A program made the position numbers and the translations under genes. From positions 1 to 64,000 of the IMG/VR virus record IMGVR_UViG_3300031553_000001: a stretch of 64,000 nt of DNA. The stretch is one strand, 5' to 3'. Each line of letters opens with the position of its first letter. Within the stretch, counting starts at the first letter, position 1. The notes beneath the pieces were generated by a model that had not been told where the DNA came from, did no database searches, and was given only the letters and a program-made list of their open reading frames with translations. This document shows, piece after piece, positions 1 through 10,438 of the stretch. This stretch comes from a virus.

Positions 1-736
1 CCGCTTCATATGTACCTGCAACTCGTGCACCAGCTTTTATCACGGCATTTGCCATAATTTGTTGCTTCATGGCATACGTCATGCTCTTAGCAGCTGTTCC
101 ATTAGCTGCCGCATATGCCTCATACTCTTGTGTGGCATCAACTATGATGCCCATATTGCGCAGGACAAGTGGATTAAGTGTAGTGATGCCATGTATCATA
201 CGCCCAAATGCAACACTAGAGTTAGTGCCTGCAATAACGGCAGCATCCTGTGCTACCCTGGACAAGTCAGTTGCCATTGCCAGATCGAGATTAGCTTGGG
301 CCATTTTCATCAGGGACTCGCGCACTTTGATGGTTGTTATGCCATTGGCTTTCATAGCCTGTTCAAATTCAGCCAACTGCTCATCCGTATAGCCAGCGTT
401 CTTTCCAACAACTTGCAAGGATATAGCTAATGTTTGTGCGCGTGCTGCCAGTTGAGTGGCTCCCACAACCATCTGTTTAAACTGCTGCAATGCCTGAATA
501 CCCATCGTGGCCAAACGCATAGTGATGCCAGCTATAGCACCAGATAGTATGCCCATCGTGGTGGCGGATTTCTTACTACCCACTTGCAAATCCACGAATG
601 CCTCGCTGTTGCGACGCATCAAAGCGCTCATGTTTTTGTCGAAGTTGCGGAAGAAGTTGATGGTTTCATCTTTGATGGCTGCCACCCACAATAGATCGCC
701 TTGTCCGCCGCCTGTTGCTGCTTGTGTTTGAGTCAT
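1..736 (-). CDS. Tape measure protein, N-terminal part (runs off the window)
   Basis: Open frame from ATG at 736 (MTQTQAATGGG...AMKANGITTIKVRESLMKMAQANLDLAMATDLSRVAQDAAVIAG...). Ala-rich and helical, directly after the tail chaperone pair. Not in the ORF track because it has no stop in the window. Confidence 0.85.
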   Translation of the reverse strand, partial: MTQTQAATGGGQGDLLWVAAIKDETINFFRNFDKNMSALMRRNSEAFVDLQVGSKKSATTMGILSGAIAGITMRLATMGIQALQQFKQMVVGATQLAARAQTLAISLQVVGKNAGYTDEQLAEFEQAMKANGITTIKVRESLMKMAQANLDLAMATDLSRVAQDAAVIAGTNSSVAFGRMIHGITTLNPLVLRNMGIIVDATQEYEAYAAANGTAAKSMTYAMKQQIMANAVIKAGARVAGTYEA

Positions 737-999
737 TTCTTGGCCTTTGCGTGCATATTAGCTGCTTGTTGGGTTGCATACAGTGCTGATGTCAATACTG
801 GCACTAACATTCCTGCCACCTTCCAAGCACGTTCCTGCACAGATACGTTGTACCACTCTGATAGACCTATTCCATTGTGATTGCTACACTGTACCTCTAA
901 CGCCCGCATATTATACTCAGCTCCCGTGGTAGGCATACTATCCATAACTACTGACAATGGCCTACCGTGCCATGATGCGCCAAAATGAGTCGAAGGCAC
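733..999 (-). CDS. Tail assembly chaperone, downstream (frameshift-extension) ORF
   Basis: Overlaps the end of 962..1639 in the +1 frame and sits between chaperone and tape measure, the lambda G/GT position. Confidence 0.55.
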   Translation of the reverse strand: MPSTHFGASWHGRPLSVVMDSMPTTGAEYNMRALEVQCSNHNGIGLSEWYNVSVQERAWKVAGMLVPVLTSALYATQQAANMHAKAKK

Positions 1000-1639
1000 G
1001 TTTCAGGCCATCGACATTTACCTCCTTCACTTGTATGAAGAATCTGATGATGTCTGCTGTAGTAATAGATCTGATGACCTCTGTTTTCAGGAATAATAGC
1101 ATACGCTGGGAGCGAGTCAGATTTGCAGTGTCAATACCTAGACATTCCAACCACTCATTGTCATCCACATCTACTGATCCATCTTGCACTTTGATTCCTG
1201 TCAATAATGCCAGGTCATTGCGCTCATTGTCACGCTGCTTGATGATATTGGTGCGTTGCAGTTGGTGCATTTGCCATTGCTGGTAGTACATCCATGCACG
1301 TTCGTGTTGTTCCCTATCTGGCTCCTCAGGCTTGCCATCATCGTCAGTGGGTGGCCTGTACAGGATTTCCTCTTCCACACCAGGTGGTTGCAGCTTCTCT
1401 AGCAATCTCACCTTGATGGTGAATGGCCCTGGATCTTTCAAATCTTCTCTGGAATCCAAGTGGTCGAATGTATATGGCCCAACACGTCGGATTGTCAACG
1501 TGTAGCCGGATGGAATCGTCAACACTGTGTGCCCTGGCTGATGCTCCAATACTTCAAATCCAGGAACATCCATTACGTCCTTGATATCCATAACTCCTCC
1601 TGTGTGGGACTGGGCTTTTACACCCAGTCCCCGAAACAA
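962..1639 (-). CDS. Tail assembly chaperone (putative)
   Basis: Position between major tail protein and tape measure; acidic ~200 aa. Confidence 0.55.
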   Translation of the reverse strand: MFRGLGVKAQSHTGGVMDIKDVMDVPGFEVLEHQPGHTVLTIPSGYTLTIRRVGPYTFDHLDSREDLKDPGPFTIKVRLLEKLQPPGVEEEILYRPPTDDDGKPEEPDREQHERAWMYYQQWQMHQLQRTNIIKQRDNERNDLALLTGIKVQDGSVDVDDNEWLECLGIDTANLTRSQRMLLFLKTEVIRSITTADIIRFFIQVKEVNVDGLKRAFDSFWRIMAR

Positions 1640-1641
1640 CG

Positions 1642-3171
1642 TCAGATCAATTTGTCAATGTTGGTCTCAGTTCTGGTGAAGAAAGCTGTACCACCAGCAG
1701 GATAGGGATTGCCACCGACAAGAACACGATTGGGATCCACCACAGCCAAAGCATTCAGGCCATAGTTAGGCGTGATATTCTGCGCCAACTGCCACAGTCT
1801 CCACGTTGCTCCACCATCAGTAGACCTCACCACACGACTGTTGTGCGTAGCCGGTGCCGTGGGTGCCATATTGGCTATTGCCCACAACCAGTGCGTTCCG
1901 CTTCCACGTATACGCACAACGCTGGTAGCTACGATGCCCTGCATTGGATGTTGTGACCAGGTTACAGCCTCATCAGCCGTGCCATGCACCATCCCTGCGC
2001 TATCTCCCAACAACAACTTCCTGTCTATACTGAGATAACACGTATTCAGATTGAGCAAACCGTCATTGGGACCATCCACAACAGTCCACGATTCACCATA
2101 GTCAGCAGTGTATACTAGCAAGTCCACATCACCAACTACCCAACCATAACCACGTGAGATGACCGATATGTCATTCAAACCCACCGCCGCAGTGTGCTGG
2201 TAACTGACCGCCCAAGTTGCCCCACCATCCTCAGACCGGTAGATGTAGCCGTCATTGGTAATGGCAAACAGCTTGTTGTACACAGGCCACGACATGTAGG
2301 TGATATACTGACCATTCACAGTACCTACATCAACGTTGACCCACGCGGTCTGACCGATGCTTGTACAATCCGCATATGCGATCTCTGCCGGATTGCCGGC
2401 ATCCGCTTCTCCACGGCTTACTATGACTCGATGGTTAGTCACTGTGCCGGTCTTCACCACACAACTTATGTCTTCACCAGCTGCGAACGGATTTGCAGAT
2501 ACAAGTGCCCAATTATCGGCATAGTCTTCCGTGTACCACACATTGGCGGCATCCACGATGGATGCAGGCTGCGCTTCAGCTACACAGTAACCGTACTGGC
2601 CATTACCAGCGTGGAACAAACAATTTTGCAAACACTCTTCAGCAAACATAGAAATGTCTGTAATTGCCCCAGTCTCTGCAAGTGTCCGTTGAGACATAAA
2701 TCCGACCTTGAAGTCGATCAGATAGGGACCATACACCGCATTGAATGGATTGGCAATGTTAACAGCCACATTGTCACCCTCGATGAGGGCCATTGGATCA
2801 CCAGACAGATCACCAGGTGGGCATCTAACCCATCCCAAACCTAGCTTGTAGCCATAGTAATCGTTTGGATCACCACAGTCCTTGATTAGCACTTGGACAT
2901 TGGTATCGCAGTTGAGTGAGAACAGGAAGTTCTGCAGCTCTCTCAACCGTGATGTGATTGTGAACGCAGACATATCCTTGCTGGCACGCTGGTAACCCAT
3001 CACATCTTCCTCACCAATCGTTGTAAACGACTGGCACCGGATGGGTGTTACAGCACCACGTGGCTTATTCCAATCTGACAGACCTGAACATTGCACTATG
3101 TCGTATGACTCCAACTCATTCAGCTGAAACCATACCCTACCTTCTCTTACTTGAACCAAATCGTCACTCAT
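1642..3171 (-). CDS. Major tail (tube) protein with C-terminal BNR/Asp-box beta-propeller
   Basis: Synteny. C-terminal ~330 aa has Asp-box motifs (YTEDYADNW, RSEDGGATW, YTADYGESW, RSTDGGATW). Confidence 0.6.
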   Translation of the reverse strand: MSDDLVQVREGRVWFQLNELESYDIVQCSGLSDWNKPRGAVTPIRCQSFTTIGEEDVMGYQRASKDMSAFTITSRLRELQNFLFSLNCDTNVQVLIKDCGDPNDYYGYKLGLGWVRCPPGDLSGDPMALIEGDNVAVNIANPFNAVYGPYLIDFKVGFMSQRTLAETGAITDISMFAEECLQNCLFHAGNGQYGYCVAEAQPASIVDAANVWYTEDYADNWALVSANPFAAGEDISCVVKTGTVTNHRVIVSRGEADAGNPAEIAYADCTSIGQTAWVNVDVGTVNGQYITYMSWPVYNKLFAITNDGYIYRSEDGGATWAVSYQHTAAVGLNDISVISRGYGWVVGDVDLLVYTADYGESWTVVDGPNDGLLNLNTCYLSIDRKLLLGDSAGMVHGTADEAVTWSQHPMQGIVATSVVRIRGSGTHWLWAIANMAPTAPATHNSRVVRSTDGGATWRLWQLAQNITPNYGLNALAVVDPNRVLVGGNPYPAGGTAFFTRTETNIDKLI

Positions 3172-3254
3172 GGTATTTACTCCTTGAGATTATTATCCAC
3201 ACGATACAGGCTATAGTCTATTCTGACTGACGAGCTCTCACCCACACATCTAGA

Positions 3255-3830
3255 TTAGATTTGACCTGCCTTCTTTGCTTTCCTGAAACCCCTGCGGTAG
3301 GCATTTTCAGTAACTCTATAGAATCCCTTGGTGTTGCGCCTGTCCTTCATAACTTTCAGCACTGCCTGCGAAAAGTGCCTTGGCACAATCCCAGGATGAT
3401 TCACATGCATAGTATGAACAGTTTGTGGTTCTCCACCTGGATTATATGACAAGCTTCCAGATGCAGGTATAGTTTGTGGCTGATAAGGCACCATAAATTG
3501 CAAAAAGTCCGCAGTCACTGGCTCAATGGGATAAGTAGTAGCTGGATTGCCTTCATCCATCGTGCCTTGGTCAACCCACCAGAAAATCTTGCCTGCCTTG
3601 GTGCGTCTATCTACCCGCACCTCTACCAAATATGTACGTCCGCTGATGTGCACTTTGGTGTATATCTTGGGCAAATGTCCTCTCCAACCACGATTACGCA
3701 ATTCCTTGTTCATAGCCGTTTGTAGTGATGGACGCATTTTGTTGTATGACGTCAGCAGCTCTTGTTTTATGATTTCTGTAGTTTGCCTGGTACGTGGCCT
3801 GCGAACTAGTTGAAATAATCCTGCCATCAC
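3255..3830 (-). CDS. Tail completion/neck protein (HK97 gp10-like)
   Basis: Basic protein with WVDQGT and VNHPGIVPRHF motifs typical of this family; synteny. Confidence 0.5.
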   Translation of the reverse strand: MMAGLFQLVRRPRTRQTTEIIKQELLTSYNKMRPSLQTAMNKELRNRGWRGHLPKIYTKVHISGRTYLVEVRVDRRTKAGKIFWWVDQGTMDEGNPATTYPIEPVTADFLQFMVPYQPQTIPASGSLSYNPGGEPQTVHTMHVNHPGIVPRHFSQAVLKVMKDRRNTKGFYRVTENAYRRGFRKAKKAGQI

Positions 3831-4948
3831 ACGTGCATCCCTGGGAACATTCCCCCGTGGCCCACTTTCCTGTCTCTGTCAGACATCCAAGTTTCCATAG
3901 CGCCTCGCATGGATCCATACGATGTATACGTGCGCGGTAGAATCTCACGGTCATCTATCCACTGTTGTTTTACCATATCGCCGCTACAAGGTGGCCGTGG
4001 CATCAATGTGTGTGCCAAACGTGCCGTATATAGCTCATCCGAGAAGTCTACTCTACCAGACTGATAGCTGAACCGTACACTGGTTGGTTTGGTAGAATAG
4101 CTCCAACATCCAGTAGTCCACGTTCCAGAGCTATACGATGCTGGATACGCATGGACTATGGACAGAGTATATGCATCGTGACCGGATATGATCGGACACG
4201 CAGTCTGGCAACCAGGTACACAGTTAGATGTACCTGGTGGACATGTCCATACAAAATCAGCACCCAACGATACGTCGGCATATTGCCGACGTATATCCAC
4301 CGTCATTAGATATGGATCTGCATCATAGTAGCCAATATGATCATCTCTGTCATCATTGTAGTCAGGATGCACCAATCTACACCTGGGAATACTGATGGTA
4401 ACCGTGCCATCTCCATTATCAACTATAGATGATGGGGTGATACATACATTCTCGCCAGGATACATCACCAGGATTTCATAGATTGACACAGTAGTGGCAA
4501 CAGTGATCGTGATTGGGTCAGTGGGTGGGTTGGCGGCATTAAATGGAGGCACTCCATAGTTTACCGCTTCCCCAATACTTATATTAGCAAGTGTGGGATA
4601 GCCAACGGAGCGCAAGTATTTCATATTCAGCATATAGGGATTATCAACCCCACAGTCGTGATGTTCGTGGATGATCCATTTGTAGCCGATGTGGTATCCC
4701 AGGAATTCCTCACGCTTGACTTCTGCCTGGTACAAGTACATGGCCAAAGTGTTGCGCTGAGATTGTGTTACGATTCCCATACCAGCAACATCATAAGCTG
4801 GTGTTGGAATGTCGATGCCATTAAACATGCACCTGGTAATACGATCCATACCAACCATCAGGTCACAATACCTATCCAACGTCAAACCCACCTGTGCGAT
4901 TCCCACAACGGGATCGACTGGTATGATACCCACTGATGTTCTAGCCAT
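3827..4948 (-). CDS. Head-tail adaptor / virion structural protein
   Basis: Synteny upstream of neck and tail genes; VRFSYQSG motif resembles adaptor proteins. Confidence 0.45.
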   Translation of the reverse strand: MARTSVGIIPVDPVVGIAQVGLTLDRYCDLMVGMDRITRCMFNGIDIPTPAYDVAGMGIVTQSQRNTLAMYLYQAEVKREEFLGYHIGYKWIIHEHHDCGVDNPYMLNMKYLRSVGYPTLANISIGEAVNYGVPPFNAANPPTDPITITVATTVSIYEILVMYPGENVCITPSSIVDNGDGTVTISIPRCRLVHPDYNDDRDDHIGYYDADPYLMTVDIRRQYADVSLGADFVWTCPPGTSNCVPGCQTACPIISGHDAYTLSIVHAYPASYSSGTWTTGCWSYSTKPTSVRFSYQSGRVDFSDELYTARLAHTLMPRPPCSGDMVKQQWIDDREILPRTYTSYGSMRGAMETWMSDRDRKVGHGGMFPGMHV

Positions 4949-4957
4949 AGTATTCTC

Positions 4958-6256
4958 CTATCTGGAAGTTGCCCTGCGGATCATATTCTCTAGCAACTTA
5001 ACAGCGCCTATGCGTGGCCGTTCGTTGGCCTGTTCCGCATCCAAAAGCGCTTGGAGATCATCCGCATCCATTCCCACCGCGTAATTCCTAAGTTCCCTGA
5101 TGCTCATGGAATGAGCGTCCTTTATTACTGCTCCACTGGCTCCACCAGACACTTTTGCCGGCACGCGCGTTATCTGCTTCACGGGTGCCCGCGTCACGAT
5201 GGGTACAGGCTTGGGAACTGGCTTTGGAGCTGGTGGCGGTGATTTGGGTACGCCTGTCATTATTATGAATCCACAATTTCTAGAAGAACGCTGGAATTCA
5301 TCACGCGTAACCGCGTCCTCACGTCTGACTTGATAGATTCCACCATACATTACACGCGTGTACTTTTTGCGTGATGTCATCCCACGTCGGTCATGCTTCA
5401 TCATTCCACGACCACCCACATATCTGGCATGGACATATCCAGGATTAGGTTGCCCATACTGCTCCAAATCAGCCACCTGCGTATCCAGATCCACATTGGC
5501 AGGACTATAAACAGCCGGTATTCGTGTCGGCAATGTTGGTGGTGGAGCACTATTGCCACGTCTTCCACTAGCTGATCTACGCTTTCCACAACAACCCATC
5601 GTTGATTTCCTCCATTCTGCTAATTGAGCCATCACATATTCGATGGCTTTTCCTTTATCCTCTTTGGATACACTTTCAGTGCTCTGCCGCATATGTTGCC
5701 TATAATACACCAGCGGCATCTCAACCTTATGCCCACAAAACATCCAAAATAGCTTGGAATTGTATAACCAATCCTCATACATCTGTAAGCGGTCAGCCCA
5801 ACCTCCCACCGCTCTCCACTGGTCCACGGATTGTAACACATTCACAGATGATAGGGAATGCCGCTGTGATGCCTCACAATCGAATGAGATCAATTTGTGA
5901 ATCTGATGGGCAGCACCAAATACTTTCACCACATCACTGTATAGCGGAACTCCATCCCATCGTTCATACAGAATTTCCAACGCCCGTGGATGTAACCAAT
6001 CATCAGCATCTACCGGATAGAATAGCTCATACTCAGCATTGGCCACGGCGTGGTTACGCGCATATGATTTTCCACGATGGGAATCATGTAATACTCTTGC
6101 ACCTGGAAAATCCTCTATTGCCACCTCTGAACCATCATCCCACACAACCACGTCATCGGTCTGAATTACACAACTTCCCAGGCACACTTTCAACCATTCT
6201 GTATCCTGGTCAGTAGTAGCATACACCGGTATCACAATACTGACAGGTATGGTCAC
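4958..6256 (-). CDS. GT2 glycosyltransferase fused in frame to a basic/Pro-rich putative virion protein
   Basis: N-term VSIVIPVY, WDDGS, SYARN, VDADD, YEDW (GT-A fold). Internal GGAGG (5609-5613) precedes ATG 5599 (MGCCGKRR...). Confidence 0.8.
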   Translation of the reverse strand: MTIPVSIVIPVYATTDQDTEWLKVCLGSCVIQTDDVVVWDDGSEVAIEDFPGARVLHDSHRGKSYARNHAVANAEYELFYPVDADDWLHPRALEILYERWDGVPLYSDVVKVFGAAHQIHKLISFDCEASQRHSLSSVNVLQSVDQWRAVGGWADRLQMYEDWLYNSKLFWMFCGHKVEMPLVYYRQHMRQSTESVSKEDKGKAIEYVMAQLAEWRKSTMGCCGKRRSASGRRGNSAPPPTLPTRIPAVYSPANVDLDTQVADLEQYGQPNPGYVHARYVGGRGMMKHDRRGMTSRKKYTRVMYGGIYQVRREDAVTRDEFQRSSRNCGFIIMTGVPKSPPPAPKPVPKPVPIVTRAPVKQITRVPAKVSGGASGAVIKDAHSMSIRELRNYAVGMDADDLQALLDAEQANERPRIGAVKLLENMIRRATSR

Positions 6257-7989
6257 GACATGACTTCCAACAGTTCTTGTACACGATTATCAAATGAATG
6301 GTTCTTGAGTATGAACTCCGTTCCAGTATCCGCTATTCGTTTGCGCTCATCCTCGTGTACCAGATAATAGCTTATCTTGCGCTGCAAATCTGCCAAATCA
6401 TTCCACACTACATAGTGCTTACGATCTTCCAAGCCCAGAAGCTTGTCAAGGTCTGGGACATGCTGGTGCATCAACATAGCTCCACCGGCTGCCATAGCTT
6501 GGAATGGGCGATTGGACACAAATCCAATAGCCCTGTTGCCCCATTGGTTATCACCTACGGACAACTTTGCAGCACGGTATAGCTGCCGCCCAGCATCAAA
6601 ATCGTACAGATTGTACCCATCTGCATGTATTCCACCACCCCACACACCATATATGCCCGTCCTGTATGGCAACTGGCGCAGCATTCTACCCAACATCAGT
6701 CTGGCTCTGGAATAGCCATTGCCCAAGAATAGCACATCGTAATGAGGAGTATTCCCATTTGGCTCAGCCGTGGATGACTCATACCCTATCTGCCAGTACA
6801 TCCAAGATACGCCATTCCTAGCATATATGTCTCGCACAGCGGTGGTAACCACACACTGCATATCAAATTGTAGACTCATGGCAATTCCACCAGGAGACAG
6901 TAATGACTCTGGATGGTAATCTCCATTCCAATTGATCCATGCAACCTTTGGAAATTCAGACCTGATACGATGGACAGATGATACATTGAAATTCTGAGCA
7001 TCTGGGCCATGAATCTGGGACAGCAGCATATCCGGTTGCCAGGCATCCATTATATCCATCAGATAGTCAACCATATACTGCCCACCGTGCGCGTCGGAAA
7101 CTTGCAACCAGTCATATTCATATACTAACCCAACATTAGCCAATGCCTCACGCAAGCCACGCTTTTGTTGCTTCTGTACAGCATAACCCTGCTCATAGAT
7201 TGGCAAATACAGGAATCGGATGTTACGTTTCAGTGGATTAGATTTGACTGGCTCATGCCTGATTATAGCTCCACAAGTGCCATCCATATGTGACCAATGC
7301 TTTCCCCAAGCCACAGAATCTGGATGGTATGGTTTGTTGTGCTTCTCCTTGACACGCCGCTCATTATTGATTTTGCGCAGCTCATCATCCACCTTCATAT
7401 CGTGGATACATGCACACTCTATCCCTGTCACCTTGTAACCACGCTCCAGGATGGTACTGGACAAATTGTTATCGCCACCATATGTATGTAAATTTGCATA
7501 GTTGCCCCACCAACCCACCTCTTCACCCAACCATTTAGGAACAATGCACACTTGTCCATACACGTGGCTTATAGATTCGCCATCTAGGATAGCTGGCATA
7601 TACTCCAAATTGTATGTGCCAGGATGGTCACGGTCTTGATAGAAGCAGCCCACTCCAACATCCAGATGATCTTCCATAAAGGCCAGCGCCTTTATCAATG
7701 CCTCATCTTCATACAGCACATCATCGTTACCCACTACGCAATATCTACCGTGTGCAGCGTGTAGGCCAGCATTGAATGCTTTGATGGCTCCCAACAATTC
7801 GCCTTGCTCTATGAGCATTATATCCGGTTGTGATTTACACCAATCAATAGTGCCGTCAGTAGAACCGCCATCTACCAACACAATCTCATACGGGATACCC
7901 GTACCGATAGATTGGCGTACAGACTCTACCATCCTTTGCATGTGCGGCAACCGGTTATATGTACCTGATACTATGGATAACTCAATCAT
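6253..7989 (-). CDS. Bifunctional glycosyltransferase (GT2 + CgeB-like GT-B domain)
   Basis: N-term SIVSGTYNR, VDGGSTDGT, GNDD, YGGD. C-term DVLFLGN, SNRPFQAMAAG, ERKRIA..G...HSFDNR. Confidence 0.85.
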   Translation of the reverse strand: MIELSIVSGTYNRLPHMQRMVESVRQSIGTGIPYEIVLVDGGSTDGTIDWCKSQPDIMLIEQGELLGAIKAFNAGLHAAHGRYCVVGNDDVLYEDEALIKALAFMEDHLDVGVGCFYQDRDHPGTYNLEYMPAILDGESISHVYGQVCIVPKWLGEEVGWWGNYANLHTYGGDNNLSSTILERGYKVTGIECACIHDMKVDDELRKINNERRVKEKHNKPYHPDSVAWGKHWSHMDGTCGAIIRHEPVKSNPLKRNIRFLYLPIYEQGYAVQKQQKRGLREALANVGLVYEYDWLQVSDAHGGQYMVDYLMDIMDAWQPDMLLSQIHGPDAQNFNVSSVHRIRSEFPKVAWINWNGDYHPESLLSPGGIAMSLQFDMQCVVTTAVRDIYARNGVSWMYWQIGYESSTAEPNGNTPHYDVLFLGNGYSRARLMLGRMLRQLPYRTGIYGVWGGGIHADGYNLYDFDAGRQLYRAAKLSVGDNQWGNRAIGFVSNRPFQAMAAGGAMLMHQHVPDLDKLLGLEDRKHYVVWNDLADLQRKISYYLVHEDERKRIADTGTEFILKNHSFDNRVQELLEVMS

Positions 7990-8178
7990 TCAATCATCCA
8001 TCCAATGATATGTCTTGATCTGCAAATACTGCCCAACCTCGGCATAGACATCGTGCGTCATGACCATGTAGTCCATATTACGTCCACGGATACAATTTAT
8101 GTAGTATACCATACCTGGCATGTACAACTTTCTAATGTCCTTTGGACAACAATAGGTAGCAAGCGTTACATCACTCAT
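7990..8178 (-). CDS. Short ORF, probable truncated paralog of the 12022..12765 glycosyltransferase
   Basis: DVTLATYCCPKDIRKLYMPG resembles GVDFITFCYYGDVEKLHAPG. Confidence 0.35.
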   Translation of the reverse strand: MSDVTLATYCCPKDIRKLYMPGMVYYINCIRGRNMDYMVMTHDVYAEVGQYLQIKTYHWMDD

Positions 8179-8867
8179 GTCAACAGCACTCCAATCGTAT
8201 TCCCCTTGTGCAAGACATCTGGATACAAACTCTTGAGTCCAGGCAGCTCATCCCAATAGCCTACCATAGATTTCTCATCTATGCCCTCTTCATAGAACGC
8301 TTCCGTTATATCGTCACACACCCAAACCGCGTGCTCGGCCAACAATTGACGATACAATCTCCATTCCTGCACAGACTCTGCATAGTGATGGGATGAATCC
8401 TGGAATACTAGACCAATGCGGTAATCATCATCACACATTGTATACAGACGCTCAAGGATGACTGGATCAGTAGACTTACCTACCCAATAGTCATAATTGG
8501 GATATTTGGCAGGCACATCTTCTCCTGGCCCACCATGCCAGTTACAATCTATCCCAATTACTTGGCCACCATAGAATGATGCAGCTGCTGCCATATACGC
8601 AGACGCAACACCAAACTCCACACCCAGCTCCACCGCAATAGATGGCTTTAACAACTCCACCAGGTGGTACAGGAATCTGTAGTAGTTTATCCGCGTACTC
8701 ACATTTGGCTCATATGTTGTGTAGTACGCATCCAACCAGGTATCACCTATAGGTTGTGTGGATAGTTTTACCAGGTCTTCTATTTGCCAAGGTGTTACCT
8801 CATCCATTTTCCAAACCCCATTGGAATTGGATAGTGCATATCCCCATCCACTAATTTCTCTTGGCAA
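8175..8867 (-). CDS. Class I SAM-dependent methyltransferase (Methyltransf_24-like)
   Basis: VELGVEFG motif I; FQDSSHHY and VCDD motifs. Confidence 0.8.
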   Translation of the reverse strand: MPREISGWGYALSNSNGVWKMDEVTPWQIEDLVKLSTQPIGDTWLDAYYTTYEPNVSTRINYYRFLYHLVELLKPSIAVELGVEFGVASAYMAAAASFYGGQVIGIDCNWHGGPGEDVPAKYPNYDYWVGKSTDPVILERLYTMCDDDYRIGLVFQDSSHHYAESVQEWRLYRQLLAEHAVWVCDDITEAFYEEGIDEKSMVGYWDELPGLKSLYPDVLHKGNTIGVLLT

Positions 8868-9415
8868 GGTAATTCATCCCAAAATCGTATCATATCCTCT
8901 GTTGCGCCTGGTGAATTCATAACATCATCACAAATCACCAGTGCCTCATCGGCCAACAGATTACTGTATAAATCCCATTCCATATTAGCATATTTGTATT
9001 CGTGCCAGGCATCTATGTATAGAATGTCTATTGGTGGATACTGTCCCACCTCAGCAACCACAGCACCATCCCACGTCCAGCCGTTTATGTATCTCAAATT
9101 GGGTATGTGGGCATCCACATCTCTAGCAATAGCTTGGGATACCTTGTCCTCACGATGTATGTTAATGGTCAATACCTGGTTAGCACCTCCCACCGCAAAG
9201 TGGGCAGCCGCTATGGCACGCCAACTTCCCAGCTCCACTACTAGATGTGGATGAAATTCCCGTGCTATCAAATAGAACAGTCGGTAGTATGGTGTAGTAT
9301 GTCCAATAATAGGCACCACAGAATTATACAGCGCATCCACGTAAGCATTGCCGGTAGACGGCTCAGAATTGGCTTGGATTATCAAATCCGCAACACGATC
9401 CATGTCAACTTTCAT
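8795..9415 (-). CDS. Class I SAM-dependent methyltransferase (Methyltransf_24-like), paralog
   Basis: VELGSWRA, YIDAWHEY, ICDD, FWDELP shared with the neighbour. Confidence 0.8.
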   Translation of the reverse strand: MKVDMDRVADLIIQANSEPSTGNAYVDALYNSVVPIIGHTTPYYRLFYLIAREFHPHLVVELGSWRAIAAAHFAVGGANQVLTINIHREDKVSQAIARDVDAHIPNLRYINGWTWDGAVVAEVGQYPPIDILYIDAWHEYKYANMEWDLYSNLLADEALVICDDVMNSPGATEDMIRFWDELPCQEKLVDGDMHYPIPMGFGKWMR

Positions 9416-10290
9416 AGTCCCAACATCCTCCTTGTATCATTGACCTTCAACGCATCCAACAATTCATCACGTAGTTCATAGGTAGGTCTGGACACGTGCC
9501 ACTCCATTATATGTGGAATGTTGAACGGGGATTTGCCCACGTTCCACTCTGGATTTGCCTTTTCTTGCCTATACCATTCCCCTACTGGAGTGCCATCTAC
9601 ATTAGGCTCCTCGTGCCACATCGGTGCGTGTAGCGTGCGCTTTCCTATTATATTATCAAGGAAGCCACCAATAGCACTCACATCAAGTATCATCTCCTGG
9701 GTAGGTAATCTCACATAATCGTGGTCAAATTCGCTGCCCCACCGCGTGAACCATCCCATTCCATACTCTGAACACATTATCGCATCCCAAGTTCGATTAG
9801 TGTTCATACCATCACCAACAAAGTTGAATCCGGCAAATTTGTTGGCTTTGGATCTGGTTCCAACCCTGTGAACCGGATGCGGTGACCACTTCATCCTTTG
9901 GAAGTTGTTTTTCAACTGATACCGCCAGAATGTGAGGTCAAAGTGGCCCTCGTCCATCTCCTCTTCCATCCGGAGCAACAGATCCTCGTGCCATATCTCA
10001 TCCGCTTGCCAGAAAATACCTTGGTCATATGTCCAAGCCGCCACACAGTCATTGGCTATATCAGCGAATGCTCCAGCATCTATGTGGGAGAAATTGGTGC
10101 AAATCACCTTGACTCTTGGATTAGCAGCCGCTATCTCATACAACTTCTCCAACGTACCATCGGTGCTGCCAGTGTCCAGGATTATCATCTCATCCACGAA
10201 TGGTAGCAGACTTGCCATACTCTCGAACAGACAGAATGCGCCTGTAAATGTGTTGCGTATGAATGTGCTGGAGGATATTTTATGGCTCAT
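9412..10290 (-). CDS. GT2-like glycosyltransferase
   Basis: DEMIILDTGSTDGT and QADE (DxD-like). Confidence 0.8.
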   Translation of the reverse strand: MSHKISSSTFIRNTFTGAFCLFESMASLLPFVDEMIILDTGSTDGTLEKLYEIAAANPRVKVICTNFSHIDAGAFADIANDCVAAWTYDQGIFWQADEIWHEDLLLRMEEEMDEGHFDLTFWRYQLKNNFQRMKWSPHPVHRVGTRSKANKFAGFNFVGDGMNTNRTWDAIMCSEYGMGWFTRWGSEFDHDYVRLPTQEMILDVSAIGGFLDNIIGKRTLHAPMWHEEPNVDGTPVGEWYRQEKANPEWNVGKSPFNIPHIMEWHVSRPTYELRDELLDALKVNDTRRMLGL

Positions 10291-10330
10291 TTGGTGTCTT
10301 CTTGAATGTCACATTGAGTTTCAGCTTCAT

Positions 10331-10438
10331 TTACTCAGCCTTCTTGGATACTATACGTAAGGTTTTGCGCTTGCGTTGGATCTTCACATCACCCTTTTTC
10401 CATACAAAATAGTATATCCTTGAATCTTTCTTATTCAT
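10331..10438 (-). CDS. 35-aa basic ORF coupled to the ART gene (candidate partner)
   Basis: MNKKDSRIYYFVWKKGDVKIQRKRKTLRIVSKKAE; ATGA overlap with the ART stop codon. Confidence 0.45.
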   Translation of the reverse strand: MNKKDSRIYYFVWKKGDVKIQRKRKTLRIVSKKAE

